NCBI GenBank assembly: GCA_041499035.1
Contig: JBGQJK010000001.1
Location: 12,314 to 76,313, forward strand
Length of the DNA: 64,000 nt
From: Patescibacteria group bacterium
Lineage (GTDB): Bacteria; Patescibacteriota; Microgenomatia; UBA8517
Direction of reading: 5' to 3'
The stretch's first letter is position 1. The number at the start of each line of letters is the position of its first letter. This document shows positions 48,148 to 57,689 of this stretch, one piece after another. Under the pieces are notes generated by a model. It searched no databases and was not told the origin of the DNA. It saw only the letters and a program-made list of their open reading frames with translations. Made by a program: the position numbers and the translations under genes.

Positions 48148-48822
48148 CTAGGGTTGGTAATGGTCTATGACAATGCCAATATCCACTATATTCACAATTC
48201 CATCGTGGTTGAGGTCTGCCCTCGGATCATTCGGGGGTGAAGTTCTGTAGTTATCGATAATTATGCCAATATCAACAATATTAACATGTCCGTCCCCATT
48301 GACGTCACCGGGCATCGGAGATGCTTGCGGTGTAGAAGTTGCTGTTGGGGTTGGTGTGGGGCTTGCTGAGCAATTTGATGTGCCGTTTGATTTTACACAT
48401 ATACCAGATTGGTCCGGGTACGAGGGGTTGGGTGAACATACCAAGTTTGGGCCGCACAATATTCCCGCAATGCCTCCGCACATCTGACATTCACTTGCCG
48501 CTATTGGAGTGGGAGTCGGTGTTGGTGTTGGGCACCAGCCTTCTATGGGAACGGCAATTTCACAAGCAGGATGTGTATCAAGACATGCGGGTCTCGGGAG
48601 GCATGTTGGAAAAGGTGTCGGGGTGGGTGGTTCGCCGCTGGCTGCCTTTTGGTTAATGAGGAACGTTTGTGTTACTACCGCCCACACAAAAAGAGGTAGG
48701 GCAACGAACATCCCGAGAACTATACTAACACTCAGAAGTCTTTGACTTTTAACAGGAAGCGACTTAAACCTGTGAATAAAGTTCATCATATCCATGTTAT
48801 GCATAAATGACGCGGTCGTCAA
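48148..48822 (-). CDS. small membrane protein with PT linker, Cys-rich module and class-1 dockerin-like module
   Basis: A TM helix, Cys-rich stretches, and C-terminal GDVNGDGHVNIVDIGIIIDNY...DLNHDGIVNIVDIGIVIDHY. Confidence 0.5.
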   Translation of the reverse strand: MTTASFMHNMDMMNFIHRFKSLPVKSQRLLSVSIVLGMFVALPLFVWAVVTQTFLINQKAASGEPPTPTPFPTCLPRPACLDTHPACEIAVPIEGWCPTPTPTPTPIAASECQMCGGIAGILCGPNLVCSPNPSYPDQSGICVKSNGTSNCSASPTPTPTATSTPQASPMPGDVNGDGHVNIVDIGIIIDNYRTSPPNDPRADLNHDGIVNIVDIGIVIDHYQP

Positions 48823-49915
48823 TTGCTTACTATCCGGTTATACTAAACTAGTGAAAATTGTTAAAAGTTTAGAAAAATTGTTCATAATTTCCGTGTGTTT
48901 GCTGCCTTTCGTAATTTGGAAAAACACATTCGAAGGACCAAAAGTATGGGTTCTTCTTATCGGCGGGTTTTTGCTAACAGCTTTTTGGATTTGCAGAACT
49001 TTAGCCAAAAGAGAAGCCCTGGCTTTTAGCAAGGTTGACTATTTCTTTCTTTTGTGGCTTTTGGTTCTTCTAATCTCCAGTGTGTTTGGGGTCCATCCCT
49101 TAGAGTCTGTAATTGGCGGGAGCTATAGACATCAGGGAATTTTATTCTTCCTGACACTTTGGCTTATCGGTAAAACCGTAGAGATACTTAGCCTAAAGCA
49201 AAAAGGACTTTTATCTAAAGGGCTGGGGATTGCAATCCTTGCCGAGTCGGTCGTTGTGCTTTTGCAATTTATAACGGGGAACGTTTATTTCGGCCGTCCC
49301 CTAGGAACCATTGGCGAGGCAAATGCAGTGGCAGGATTCCTGGCAATCGGTTATGTCTTTGTTCTTGAAAATTTCAACTATTTGTTTTTTGCGTTTCCGG
49401 TGATTTCTATATTGATCGCTGAGTCCCGCGCGGGTATTCTTGCGCTTCTTCCGAGTTTGATGCCGCTCGTTATAAACTTCGGAAGACACACACGAAACGC
49501 TTTGATGATTCTAACAATAGTTTTATCAATTATTTTTTTGGTTTTCGTTTCCGGAGAAAAGGGCAGCTCACCCTTTGAAAACAGGCAGGTTATTTGGAAG
49601 CTCGGTTTTGGGCAAATCCTAAGCCGTCCTGTTCTCGGGTTTGGTGCCGAATCGGGTGAGGTTGTCTATAACAAAGCTTTCTATCAATATGGATTCCCTC
49701 TAAGTAATTTAATAGTTGATAGAGCTCATAACCTTCTACTGGATGTCGCCATGTGGTCGGGGGGGATCGGGCTTTTAGTATTCTGCCTTTTTCTTTTTGA
49801 GCGCTTCAAAGGAATCAAGTTACCCGCCAGAAAGTTTGCATTTCTTTCCTTCCTCATCTATTCAATGTTTCAGCCGCTTTCGGTTGTCCATTGGCTTTTC
49901 CTTTTTTTGTTGTAA
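48794..49915 (+). CDS. O-antigen ligase/polymerase (Wzy_C)-family membrane protein
   Basis: A polytopic membrane protein with a large periplasmic loop. Confidence 0.5.
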   Translation: MLCINDAVVNCLLSGYTKLVKIVKSLEKLFIISVCLLPFVIWKNTFEGPKVWVLLIGGFLLTAFWICRTLAKREALAFSKVDYFFLLWLLVLLISSVFGVHPLESVIGGSYRHQGILFFLTLWLIGKTVEILSLKQKGLLSKGLGIAILAESVVVLLQFITGNVYFGRPLGTIGEANAVAGFLAIGYVFVLENFNYLFFAFPVISILIAESRAGILALLPSLMPLVINFGRHTRNALMILTIVLSIIFLVFVSGEKGSSPFENRQVIWKLGFGQILSRPVLGFGAESGEVVYNKAFYQYGFPLSNLIVDRAHNLLLDVAMWSGGIGLLVFCLFLFERFKGIKLPARKFAFLSFLIYSMFQPLSVVHWLFLFLL

Positions 49916-49927
49916 TATAATGTCTAG

Positions 49928-50935
49928 ATGGCAAAAAAGACGGCTCTTATTACTGGAATTACAGGTCAGGATGGTTCTTATTTAGCGGAGTTTCTTCTTA
50001 AAAAAGGTTACATAGTTGCCGGGACCGTCAGGAAAACCAGCAATATGCAATATGACAACATCGGTCATATTCAAGACGAGCTAAGACTTATTCAGGCCGA
50101 TCTACTGGACCCCGTCTCTCTTCGGGAAGCCGTACAAAAAGTTCATCCGGACGAAGTTTACAATTTGGCGGCGCAAAGCCATCCGGCCGAAAGTTTTAAG
50201 CAGCCTATTCATACCGCGGAAATTACGGCGATTGGTGCACATAGGGTTCTAGACGCAGTTTGGGATGTGGTTCCAGAAGCAAAGTTTTATCAAGCATCCA
50301 GTTCCGAAATGTACGGTTGGGTAAAAGAAATTCCACAAAGTGAAGATACTCCATTCAATCCCGCAAATCCTTACGCTGCAGCCAAACTCTATGCACATAA
50401 CATGACCAAAATTTATAGGAGGAGCTATAACATGTTCGCCACATGTGGAATTTTGTTCAACCATGAGTCCCCGCGGAGGCACTTGAATTTTGTTACTCAG
50501 AAGGTTACTTACGCTGCTGCGGCAGCTAAATTGGGGATAAAAAACTCAGAGCATTTAAATGAGGAGGGCGAACCGATGGTCAAAAATGGAAAGGTCGGAC
50601 TCGGAAATCTTGAAGCAAAACGTGATTGGGGATTTACGGCAGACTATGTTGAAGCTATGTGGCTTGTAATGCAGCAACCTAAAGCTGATGATTTTGTAAT
50701 TGGAACCGGGGTAACCCATACGATTCAAGAGCTGTGCGAAGAAGCCTTTAACTATATTGGTATGAATTGGAAGAATCACGTCTATGTTGATAAAAGGTTT
50801 ATCCGTCCTACAGAGACGGGCCCGTTAATTGCCAACCCGGCAAAAGCCAAAAAAGTTTTAGGCTGGACTCCCAGGACCACCTTTAAAGAACTGGTTCACC
50901 TGATGGTTGATGCTCACCTTGCAAGGTTGAAATAA
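49928..50935 (+). CDS. gmd: GDP-mannose 4,6-dehydratase
   Basis: ALITGITGQDGSYLAEFLL and an SDR core. Confidence 0.85.
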   Translation: MAKKTALITGITGQDGSYLAEFLLKKGYIVAGTVRKTSNMQYDNIGHIQDELRLIQADLLDPVSLREAVQKVHPDEVYNLAAQSHPAESFKQPIHTAEITAIGAHRVLDAVWDVVPEAKFYQASSSEMYGWVKEIPQSEDTPFNPANPYAAAKLYAHNMTKIYRRSYNMFATCGILFNHESPRRHLNFVTQKVTYAAAAAKLGIKNSEHLNEEGEPMVKNGKVGLGNLEAKRDWGFTADYVEAMWLVMQQPKADDFVIGTGVTHTIQELCEEAFNYIGMNWKNHVYVDKRFIRPTETGPLIANPAKAKKVLGWTPRTTFKELVHLMVDAHLARLK

Positions 50936-50961
50936 CTTCTTTTATGCTTCATTATTAAGCT

Positions 50962-52221
50962 GTGAAAAAGTATTATTTGTTTTTTAGGGGGAATCCCATG
51001 TGGACAAAAATACTTCTTTTCTCCCTGATTCTGTTTTTTATCCGTCTTTCGGATTCTATAATCTCGTATTGGGCTCCAAACCAAATCCAGCAAAGCCTCG
51101 GTAGCCCAATCATAATGGGAGCTATTATAAGTTTTCAGTCTGTTGTCGGCATGGCGGCTGACCTGATTTTTCCCCGGCTTCTTAAATCGATCCGGGTGCG
51201 GAGGCTTATCTTTTGGGCTATTATTCTTTCTGCGCTAACCTCGTTCTTTCTCACAGCGGGTACCCTTAAGCCGATTATCGCTATTTTTATCGCAACAATG
51301 ACGCTTTGGGGAATTTACTATGAACTCATCAGTTTTGCCAGCTTTCAATTTATTGGCGAGGTGGTGCCTCCAGAGATGAGAGCCGGATCCTGGGCCTTCA
51401 CGGGAATTTTTCTAAACCTGGCTTACTTTCTTGGCCCGTTTATAGCCAACCAGATTTTGGGTAAAGGCTATTTAATTACACAGGGAACTGTCGTGATTTT
51501 TCTGGTTTCTGCTTTGGCTCTTTTAACTTTTACCAAACATGTTCACGATGCTCCGGCTTCGGTTGATTTTTCAGCACTAAATCCTTGGACTGAATTTAAA
51601 CGCTGGTTAACACTATCCGAACATATCTGGCCCGTTATAGTTATAAGTTTGGTCCTGGGATTTATTGATTCCACTTTTTACACGGTAGGGTCTGTCTGGA
51701 CGCAAAAACTGAGTGCAGTTAACCCGTGGGGCGTTTGGTTTTTGCCTTTATACCTCTTGCCCTCAATATGTTTGGGCATACCTCTAGCCAGGTGGGAAAT
51801 AAACTCCGGTAAGAAAAAATTGAGTGAAAAATATCTTGCCCTTGCCGGACTGATCATGGCAGGAATCGGTATTTCGGAAAGTGTTTCCTGGCAGCTTGCG
51901 GTGGTTTGCCTAAGTTCCGCGGCGCTTGCGGTATGCTTCCCGCTAATCGGGGGCGTCTATAGCGATATAATTTCCAGAATGGGCAGTAAAAAGAACGACA
52001 TGATCGGACTTACCAATTCGGTAACCAATATCTCCTACATAATCTGGCCTACTTTTGCAGGACTCATTGCCTCAAAGGTAGGGGAAAGGCTTACTTTTAG
52101 TTACTTGGGTGTGGGGGTTTTTATGGTTGCAATTGCCTTGATTTTAGTGACTCCGAAGAAGTTAAAACTTCCGCAGTCCGAGATTAAAAGTTGGGATATC
52201 ATTGACAAAAGTCTGAGCTGA
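50962..52221 (+). CDS. MFS-type transporter
   Basis: Twelve predicted TM helices. Confidence 0.55.
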   Translation: MKKYYLFFRGNPMWTKILLFSLILFFIRLSDSIISYWAPNQIQQSLGSPIIMGAIISFQSVVGMAADLIFPRLLKSIRVRRLIFWAIILSALTSFFLTAGTLKPIIAIFIATMTLWGIYYELISFASFQFIGEVVPPEMRAGSWAFTGIFLNLAYFLGPFIANQILGKGYLITQGTVVIFLVSALALLTFTKHVHDAPASVDFSALNPWTEFKRWLTLSEHIWPVIVISLVLGFIDSTFYTVGSVWTQKLSAVNPWGVWFLPLYLLPSICLGIPLARWEINSGKKKLSEKYLALAGLIMAGIGISESVSWQLAVVCLSSAALAVCFPLIGGVYSDIISRMGSKKNDMIGLTNSVTNISYIIWPTFAGLIASKVGERLTFSYLGVGVFMVAIALILVTPKKLKLPQSEIKSWDIIDKSLS

Positions 52222-52238
52222 AACTATATATTAGTCTC

Positions 52239-53669
52239 ATGGGGGTGCTCCTACTTGGAATTAACATCCCTGCCCCAAAAGTAAAAATTAAGCCGGCAAT
52301 GCTCGAAAAGTATGCGGATTTGTTCCGTGGGATCCGCGACCGCAAAGATACCGTTTCCTGGCGGACCCTGATAATTACTATCCGCGAGCTTTTAGGGCAA
52401 AGCGTTCCCGACTATAAAAAAGTTGAGAGGCGGTTGCATCTCAAGGGCAGAAAATTAATTAAGACCTTGGTATCAAAGACTTATCTTGAACCTTTAACAC
52501 CTGAAATTGAATTCGCTGTGGGAATCAGAAATTCCGCCGGCAGAAATAGTACCGACCTCGACTTCCTGCTTCTTAGCGGACGTCATCATCCGGAACCGAT
52601 ACTTTGGACGTTAGCGGATTTTGCAAAGTCTCAAGGCAAAAAAGTTGCCGTAGTAAACCCCGTCGGGCATTATAATGACGGGCAGACAAGAGTAGTGGGG
52701 CCCGCAAAATACTTCCGGAGAATCAAAAAACTTGTAGTTCTGGCATCGACCCAGACCGACCTTGGCGGCAGTATTTCGGTTCTTGCAAATGTAATTCGTC
52801 AGTTGAGGAACCCCGAGCTGGCTAAAAAAGTTGGAAGTGTGGAAATAGTAATTCCCATGTTCGGAGGGTCGCGCGGTCATAAGTTAAACCAGTCCCAGGA
52901 AGTCGGATTTGAAGTAATGGAAGCAAGTTTTAATGCTAAAATCCTATCTCTCATTACAAAAGATATTGTTGCCCACCTTGCACCGGAAATTCCCAAAGTC
53001 CCGGGCATTCGGTTTTCCTCTGTCGATATTCATAATAGCGAGCATCCGATAAAATCCTTTAACAAAGAGGGATTTGAGTTTGCTTCAATTAGCTCCGCCG
53101 GCAGTTTGGCAAAAGGCATTATGAGTCTTTTGATTTCTAAAACAGCAAAGATCCCTCTAAAACTTGTTGTTTGCGATAAAGGATCGGTCGAGAGGACTGA
53201 AGACTTAGCCAAGGAACTAATTCTCGGTCAGAATAAATTATTGAACAGTTTACAGATAATTTATATTGAAAAGAAAAGGGTAACTGCAGGGGTTGTGGAA
53301 GGCGCCGAAATCTCGCACATTAGTGAGTGGAAAAGAAAAGGCAAGGAGGTTCAGATTAAAAATTTGAGGCTCCCTGTAAAGCCGGTTTTTAAAAATACGA
53401 TAATTGTTTATTCGGACGATATGATCGACACGGGTGGTACCGCCGAGCGGGACCTAAAATTTATTTCCGGCTTTTATCCGAATGCAAGTTTAAAAATTTT
53501 TGCGGCAAGCCATCCTGTTTTTTCCAAAGGTTTTGGGGCTGTAAAAAAAATCGGCGCCGATATATATGTTTTGGGAAATACCCTGAGTTGGGAAGCCTTG
53601 GGGGACGTTAAGGGTGTTGAGGTGGTTGATTTTGCCGAAGCAATTTACAAATTCATTCAAGGCCGATGA
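52239..53669 (+). CDS. ribose-phosphate pyrophosphokinase-family (PRTase) protein with an N-terminal extension
   Basis: PRPP-binding loop IIVYSDDMIDTGGT and a C-terminal Prs-like segment. Confidence 0.55.
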   Translation: MGVLLLGINIPAPKVKIKPAMLEKYADLFRGIRDRKDTVSWRTLIITIRELLGQSVPDYKKVERRLHLKGRKLIKTLVSKTYLEPLTPEIEFAVGIRNSAGRNSTDLDFLLLSGRHHPEPILWTLADFAKSQGKKVAVVNPVGHYNDGQTRVVGPAKYFRRIKKLVVLASTQTDLGGSISVLANVIRQLRNPELAKKVGSVEIVIPMFGGSRGHKLNQSQEVGFEVMEASFNAKILSLITKDIVAHLAPEIPKVPGIRFSSVDIHNSEHPIKSFNKEGFEFASISSAGSLAKGIMSLLISKTAKIPLKLVVCDKGSVERTEDLAKELILGQNKLLNSLQIIYIEKKRVTAGVVEGAEISHISEWKRKGKEVQIKNLRLPVKPVFKNTIIVYSDDMIDTGGTAERDLKFISGFYPNASLKIFAASHPVFSKGFGAVKKIGADIYVLGNTLSWEALGDVKGVEVVDFAEAIYKFIQGR

Positions 53670-54078
53670 GTTTAGCCAGTTTGGTAGAGGAGAGATCAGG
53701 AGTTTTTTTTATTTCAATCAATTTTGCCCCAACATACGTTGCGTGTTCTGCCTTTTTAGTTTTCATCAAATCTCCTTCTGTAATTGCAATCACGTCGGGC
53801 GCCACTTTCATCACCAAATCTTTATAGTCTTTATCGTTTTTCATTTCCGGAAGTTCGATTACTTCATCAACAAAACTTAGCGCCTCGAGGATTTCCTTCC
53901 TCTGTTTTTGGTTGTGGATGGGCCTGCCCGGTCCTTTTAGTTTTTTGGTGTTCTCATCACTCTCGAGAGCCACAATAAGATAATCTCCGTGTTTTTTGGC
54001 TTCTTTCAAAAAACAAACATGGCCGTAGTGGAGAATATCAAAGCAGCCGCCGACCAGAACCTTCTTCTTTACATCCAT
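53653..54078 (-). CDS. cytidylyl/adenylyltransferase (TagD/RfaE domain II-like nucleotidyltransferase)
   Basis: GGCFDILHYGHVCFLKEAKKHGDYLIVAL (HxGH motif). Confidence 0.7.
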   Translation of the reverse strand: MDVKKKVLVGGCFDILHYGHVCFLKEAKKHGDYLIVALESDENTKKLKGPGRPIHNQKQRKEILEALSFVDEVIELPEMKNDKDYKDLVMKVAPDVIAITEGDLMKTKKAEHATYVGAKLIEIKKTPDLSSTKLAKLIGLE

Positions 54079-54102
54079 ATTGGTATGATATCATGAATTA
54101 TC

Positions 54103-55191
54103 ATGCCTGCCGTGAAAAGTGACTTTGTCAAAAAGAACGGGGAAGAGGTTGAACCAAAAAAGAGTCCGAAAAATTCTAAACTCACCATTGACCGTGAAGC
54201 CCTAAAAAAATTTCGTCTAGTTGTTGTGGCATACAGTAGCGTTCAGCGGGAACATTTTGCTACAAAAGATGCATACGAAGCAGAAGTTGAAGTTGAACAA
54301 AGGGCGATAGAAGTTTCGGAAGAAGTCAGGAAATTGGGGATTCCCGTTAGGACACTGCCAGGCGATCAGTACTTCTATACAAATCTGCTGGTAGATAAAC
54401 CCGATTTGGTTATTAATCTTGTAGATACGCTTAAAGGCCGCGACCAGCTGCAGCCAAGCGTTCCCGCTGCCTTGGAACTTGCTAATATTCCATACACCGG
54501 CGCCGGTATGGAGGGCCTTATAATCGGCAATAACAGGAACTTAACCAAAAGGCTTCTGATGGCTTATGACATTCCGACGCCTCCCTTTCAGTTTATCCGC
54601 CGGGCGGGTACAAATATTGACGAAGACTTGGGAATTCCCTTGATCGTTAAACTGAATGAGGGCGGGGGAAGCGTAGGTATTAACAACAATGCCGTTAAAG
54701 AAACTGCAAGAGCGGCAAAGCTTAGGGCCAATAGCATGATTTCAACCTATCGTTTCCCCGTGATTGTTGAAAAGTTTATTGACGGTCCCGAGGTTACCGT
54801 GGTTGTTTTTGATGACGGCCTTAAGCGCCATGTTTATATGGCCCAGAAAAAGTTTGGCATAAAGCCGGATGGCAAGCACGAGTTTACCAGCATTGAGTCT
54901 TACGCGGATTGGAAATCTTATAAATATATTCCGGTTGATGAAAACAATAAGTATGAAATTAAAAAGCTCGCCGTTCGCGCTTTCGGGGGACTACATCACA
55001 AGGACTATGCCAAGTTTGATGTAAGGGTGGATAGCGACACGGGCATCCCTTACTTTACGGACAGTAACCCCAATACTGCCTTTGGGCCCGATAAGGGGCT
55101 GCCCATGACCGAGGTTTTAGCTATGAACGGGGTAGAGTTTCCCGACGTTCTGGCCAGCCTTCTATCGAAATACGCCAGAGATTTGAGCTGA
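54103..55191 (+). CDS. ATP-grasp ligase, D-Ala-D-Ala ligase-like
   Basis: LIVKLNEGGGSVGI and an ATP-grasp C-terminal half. Confidence 0.55.
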   Translation: MPAVKSDFVKKNGEEVEPKKSPKNSKLTIDREALKKFRLVVVAYSSVQREHFATKDAYEAEVEVEQRAIEVSEEVRKLGIPVRTLPGDQYFYTNLLVDKPDLVINLVDTLKGRDQLQPSVPAALELANIPYTGAGMEGLIIGNNRNLTKRLLMAYDIPTPPFQFIRRAGTNIDEDLGIPLIVKLNEGGGSVGINNNAVKETARAAKLRANSMISTYRFPVIVEKFIDGPEVTVVVFDDGLKRHVYMAQKKFGIKPDGKHEFTSIESYADWKSYKYIPVDENNKYEIKKLAVRAFGGLHHKDYAKFDVRVDSDTGIPYFTDSNPNTAFGPDKGLPMTEVLAMNGVEFPDVLASLLSKYARDLS

Positions 55192-55239
55192 AAACTCCTG
55201 TGGACAACCACGACTATCGTCCGTATAATTGGGCGAAAT

Positions 55240-55878
55240 ATGGTACTTGAAAAAAATCCCAAAACCAGGCCGGTTTATAAGAAACTTCTTGAGCTTGAAG
55301 ACAAAGTCTCCGGCCTTCCATTCCCCAAAATGATAAGGCCCAAGCAGATCACAAGTTCACACTGCGGACCGGCAGTTTTAACCTCGCTTTATTCAAACTT
55401 TGGCGTCAAAGCCAGCCAGAAAGGTATAGTTGCCTCACTCAGGCTCCAAAAGAAGATTATGAAGTACGGGCTGAATATTAAAGAATTAGGCAAGGCCAGT
55501 AGAATCATTGGCAAGGGGGCCTTCGTATTTTGGAAAAAATCCGGCGCGAGGATCAGCGATTTGGAGCTTGCAGTTAATAAATATAAAAATCCCGTCGCGG
55601 TTGAATGGCAGGGGATTTTTTATGAGGAGTCGGACGAGGATAACGGCCACTATAGTATCGTAACCAAGATTGACAAAAAGGCGGGAATAATGAGGATATG
55701 TGATTCGTATCCGCTCTTTGCCGGGGTAGACAGGAAGTTCAAAACTCACGATTTTGAAAAGCGCTGGTGGGACGTAAACATTGTCAAAGGGCGTACATTA
55801 AGGGATAACAAAGTCATGTTTTTGGTAGCTCCAAAAGGCGAGTCCTGGCCCAAAAAACTGGGGATGGTTAAATCCTAA
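55240..55878 (+). CDS. C39-like papain-fold cysteine peptidase domain protein
   Basis: QITSSHCGPAVLTSLYSNFG resembles the C39 Q...CGxAxL catalytic-Cys motif. Confidence 0.45.
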   Translation: MVLEKNPKTRPVYKKLLELEDKVSGLPFPKMIRPKQITSSHCGPAVLTSLYSNFGVKASQKGIVASLRLQKKIMKYGLNIKELGKASRIIGKGAFVFWKKSGARISDLELAVNKYKNPVAVEWQGIFYEESDEDNGHYSIVTKIDKKAGIMRICDSYPLFAGVDRKFKTHDFEKRWWDVNIVKGRTLRDNKVMFLVAPKGESWPKKLGMVKS

Positions 55879-55886
55879 TAAATCAA

Positions 55887-56237
55887 ATGGGTTATGCAAA
55901 TCCAAATTCTGCCAAGTTAAAAATCGGGAGGTATTTGGCGGAGAAATGTAGAGATGGCGTGATGGAGTTTTCTTCAGACGAACTTTCTGAAATCGGCGAA
56001 ATAAGTGATAGTTACAAGGTGCCGGATATTATAAGAAGTGCGTATCCGGGGTTATTTAAATTCCACAGGGGCATGGTAAATTTTATCGCTACGGATTGGA
56101 ATGTTAGAGCGGAAGCTTTGGAAAATCTTGAGTCTCAAGTTCAAAGTTTAGAGGTTTACTCAAGACACGAAAATAAGCCCGCAGAGAGCCTCAGGGAACG
56201 CTTGTTATATCAGGTGACCATGGCAAGAAGAAAATAG
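55887..56237 (+). CDS. hypothetical protein
   Basis: An ORF only. Confidence 0.3.
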   Translation: MGYANPNSAKLKIGRYLAEKCRDGVMEFSSDELSEIGEISDSYKVPDIIRSAYPGLFKFHRGMVNFIATDWNVRAEALENLESQVQSLEVYSRHENKPAESLRERLLYQVTMARRK

Positions 56238-56255
56238 TTTGGAATTCCTCGTTGT

Positions 56256-57320
56256 GTGCTTCCGTTAAACCTGTTAGATTTATCTTTACACAAATTTATG
56301 AATGTAGCGCTAACTTATAACGTCAAGAAAAGCAAACCTTCAGTTAGCCTGGAAAAACAGACGGATATAGAGTTTGATTACCCGGAGGTTAGCTATGCCG
56401 AAAAGGAGGCCATTAAGAGTTTTGGGCATAAGGTTTTTATGGTCGAGGCCGATGAAAACGCATTTATAAAATTAAAGAAATTAAAAGGCAAAATCGACAT
56501 CGTTTTCAATGTTGCAGAAGGACTTTGGGGGGAAGCCCGGGAGACCCAAATCCCCATGATCTGCGAGATCCTCAGGATTCCATATACCCACTCAGGCCCG
56601 ACCACGCACGCAATTTCCCTTGATAAATCTTTTACCAAACTGATTTTAAAAGGCGCCGACGGCATAAACGTGCCCGACTCTCACGTAGTCAGATCTAGTG
56701 ATTATATGATTCCAAAAACATTGAAATATCCATTGATAGTTAAACCAAATTCAGAGGGATCGAGCAGGGGAGTTCTCGATAAGAATGTTGTCCGTGACGC
56801 AAAAGACTTAAAAAAACGGATTGAGATAACCTCCGAAAAGTTCACAAAGGAAGTCTTGGTGGAGGAGTATATAGAAGGCAGGGAGTTTACGGTTTCCGTT
56901 ATAGGGAATGAACAGCCGGTGGTACTCCCTATCGTCGAGCAAAAATTCGGCTTCTTACCTCCCGGCATGAACAAAATTGCCAGTTACGAGCTTAAATGGT
57001 TATATGAAGACACCCTAAAAGATTTGCACGACGCCTATGACTGTCCCGCAAAGTTGACTAAAAAACAGAAAGATTTAGTTGTAAGCACTTCCGAAGAAAT
57101 CTACAAACTTTTGGATATCCGCGATTGTGCCAGAATTGATTACAGGTTGGACAAAGATGGGACTCTCTATTTTTTGGAAATTAATACTCTTCCGGGCATG
57201 AACCCAACCCTTGACGGGATTTCATACCTCCCGATTGCGGCAAGAGCCGCAGGAATGAGTTACAAAGAGCTAGTGGGGAAAATACTGTCTTTGGCTTGTG
57301 CCAGATATGGCCTCGATTGA
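56256..57320 (+). CDS. D-alanine--D-alanine ligase-family ATP-grasp enzyme
   Basis: LIVKPNSEGSSRGV and EINTLPGM. Confidence 0.65.
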   Translation: MLPLNLLDLSLHKFMNVALTYNVKKSKPSVSLEKQTDIEFDYPEVSYAEKEAIKSFGHKVFMVEADENAFIKLKKLKGKIDIVFNVAEGLWGEARETQIPMICEILRIPYTHSGPTTHAISLDKSFTKLILKGADGINVPDSHVVRSSDYMIPKTLKYPLIVKPNSEGSSRGVLDKNVVRDAKDLKKRIEITSEKFTKEVLVEEYIEGREFTVSVIGNEQPVVLPIVEQKFGFLPPGMNKIASYELKWLYEDTLKDLHDAYDCPAKLTKKQKDLVVSTSEEIYKLLDIRDCARIDYRLDKDGTLYFLEINTLPGMNPTLDGISYLPIAARAAGMSYKELVGKILSLACARYGLD

Positions 57321-57330
57321 AATCCACCGG

Positions 57331-57401
57331 CAGGCCGAGAGGGAATCGAACCCCCAATGATGGTTTTGGAGACCACCGGTATACCATTTACCTATCGGCC
57401 T
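57331..57401 (-). tRNA. tRNA-Trp (anticodon CCA)
   Basis: Reverse complement: acceptor AGGCCGA/TCGGCCT, D-arm GGTA/TACC, anticodon loop CTCCAAA, T-loop TTCGATT. Confidence 0.7.
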
Positions 57402-57660
57402 ATTTCAAAGAATTATTAATTTGCTCTTTTAATGTGACTTTTGCTTTTCCTCCGCCTTTCAGATATCTTTCCCGAGCCTGAGCGTCTTTTTGGTCCAGGT
57501 ATGCCTCGTAGTATATCAATTTTAAAGGTTTTCTAAAAGAAGTTGAGATTACAAGTCCATCCTCATGCTCCTTCAATCTTAATTTCAAATTTGAAGTGTA
57601 ACCTGTGTAAATTTGTCCATCTTTAAGACTTTTTAGAATATAAACGTAATACACAAGCAA
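57400..57660 (-). CDS. GIY-YIG nuclease-domain protein
   Basis: VYYVYILKS...GQIYTGYTSNLKLRLKEHE. Confidence 0.75.
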   Translation of the reverse strand: MLVYYVYILKSLKDGQIYTGYTSNLKLRLKEHEDGLVISTSFRKPLKLIYYEAYLDQKDAQARERYLKGGGKAKVTLKEQINNSLK

Positions 57661-57689
57661 TTATAACCTTTTGGAGGGAATCGCCCCGC

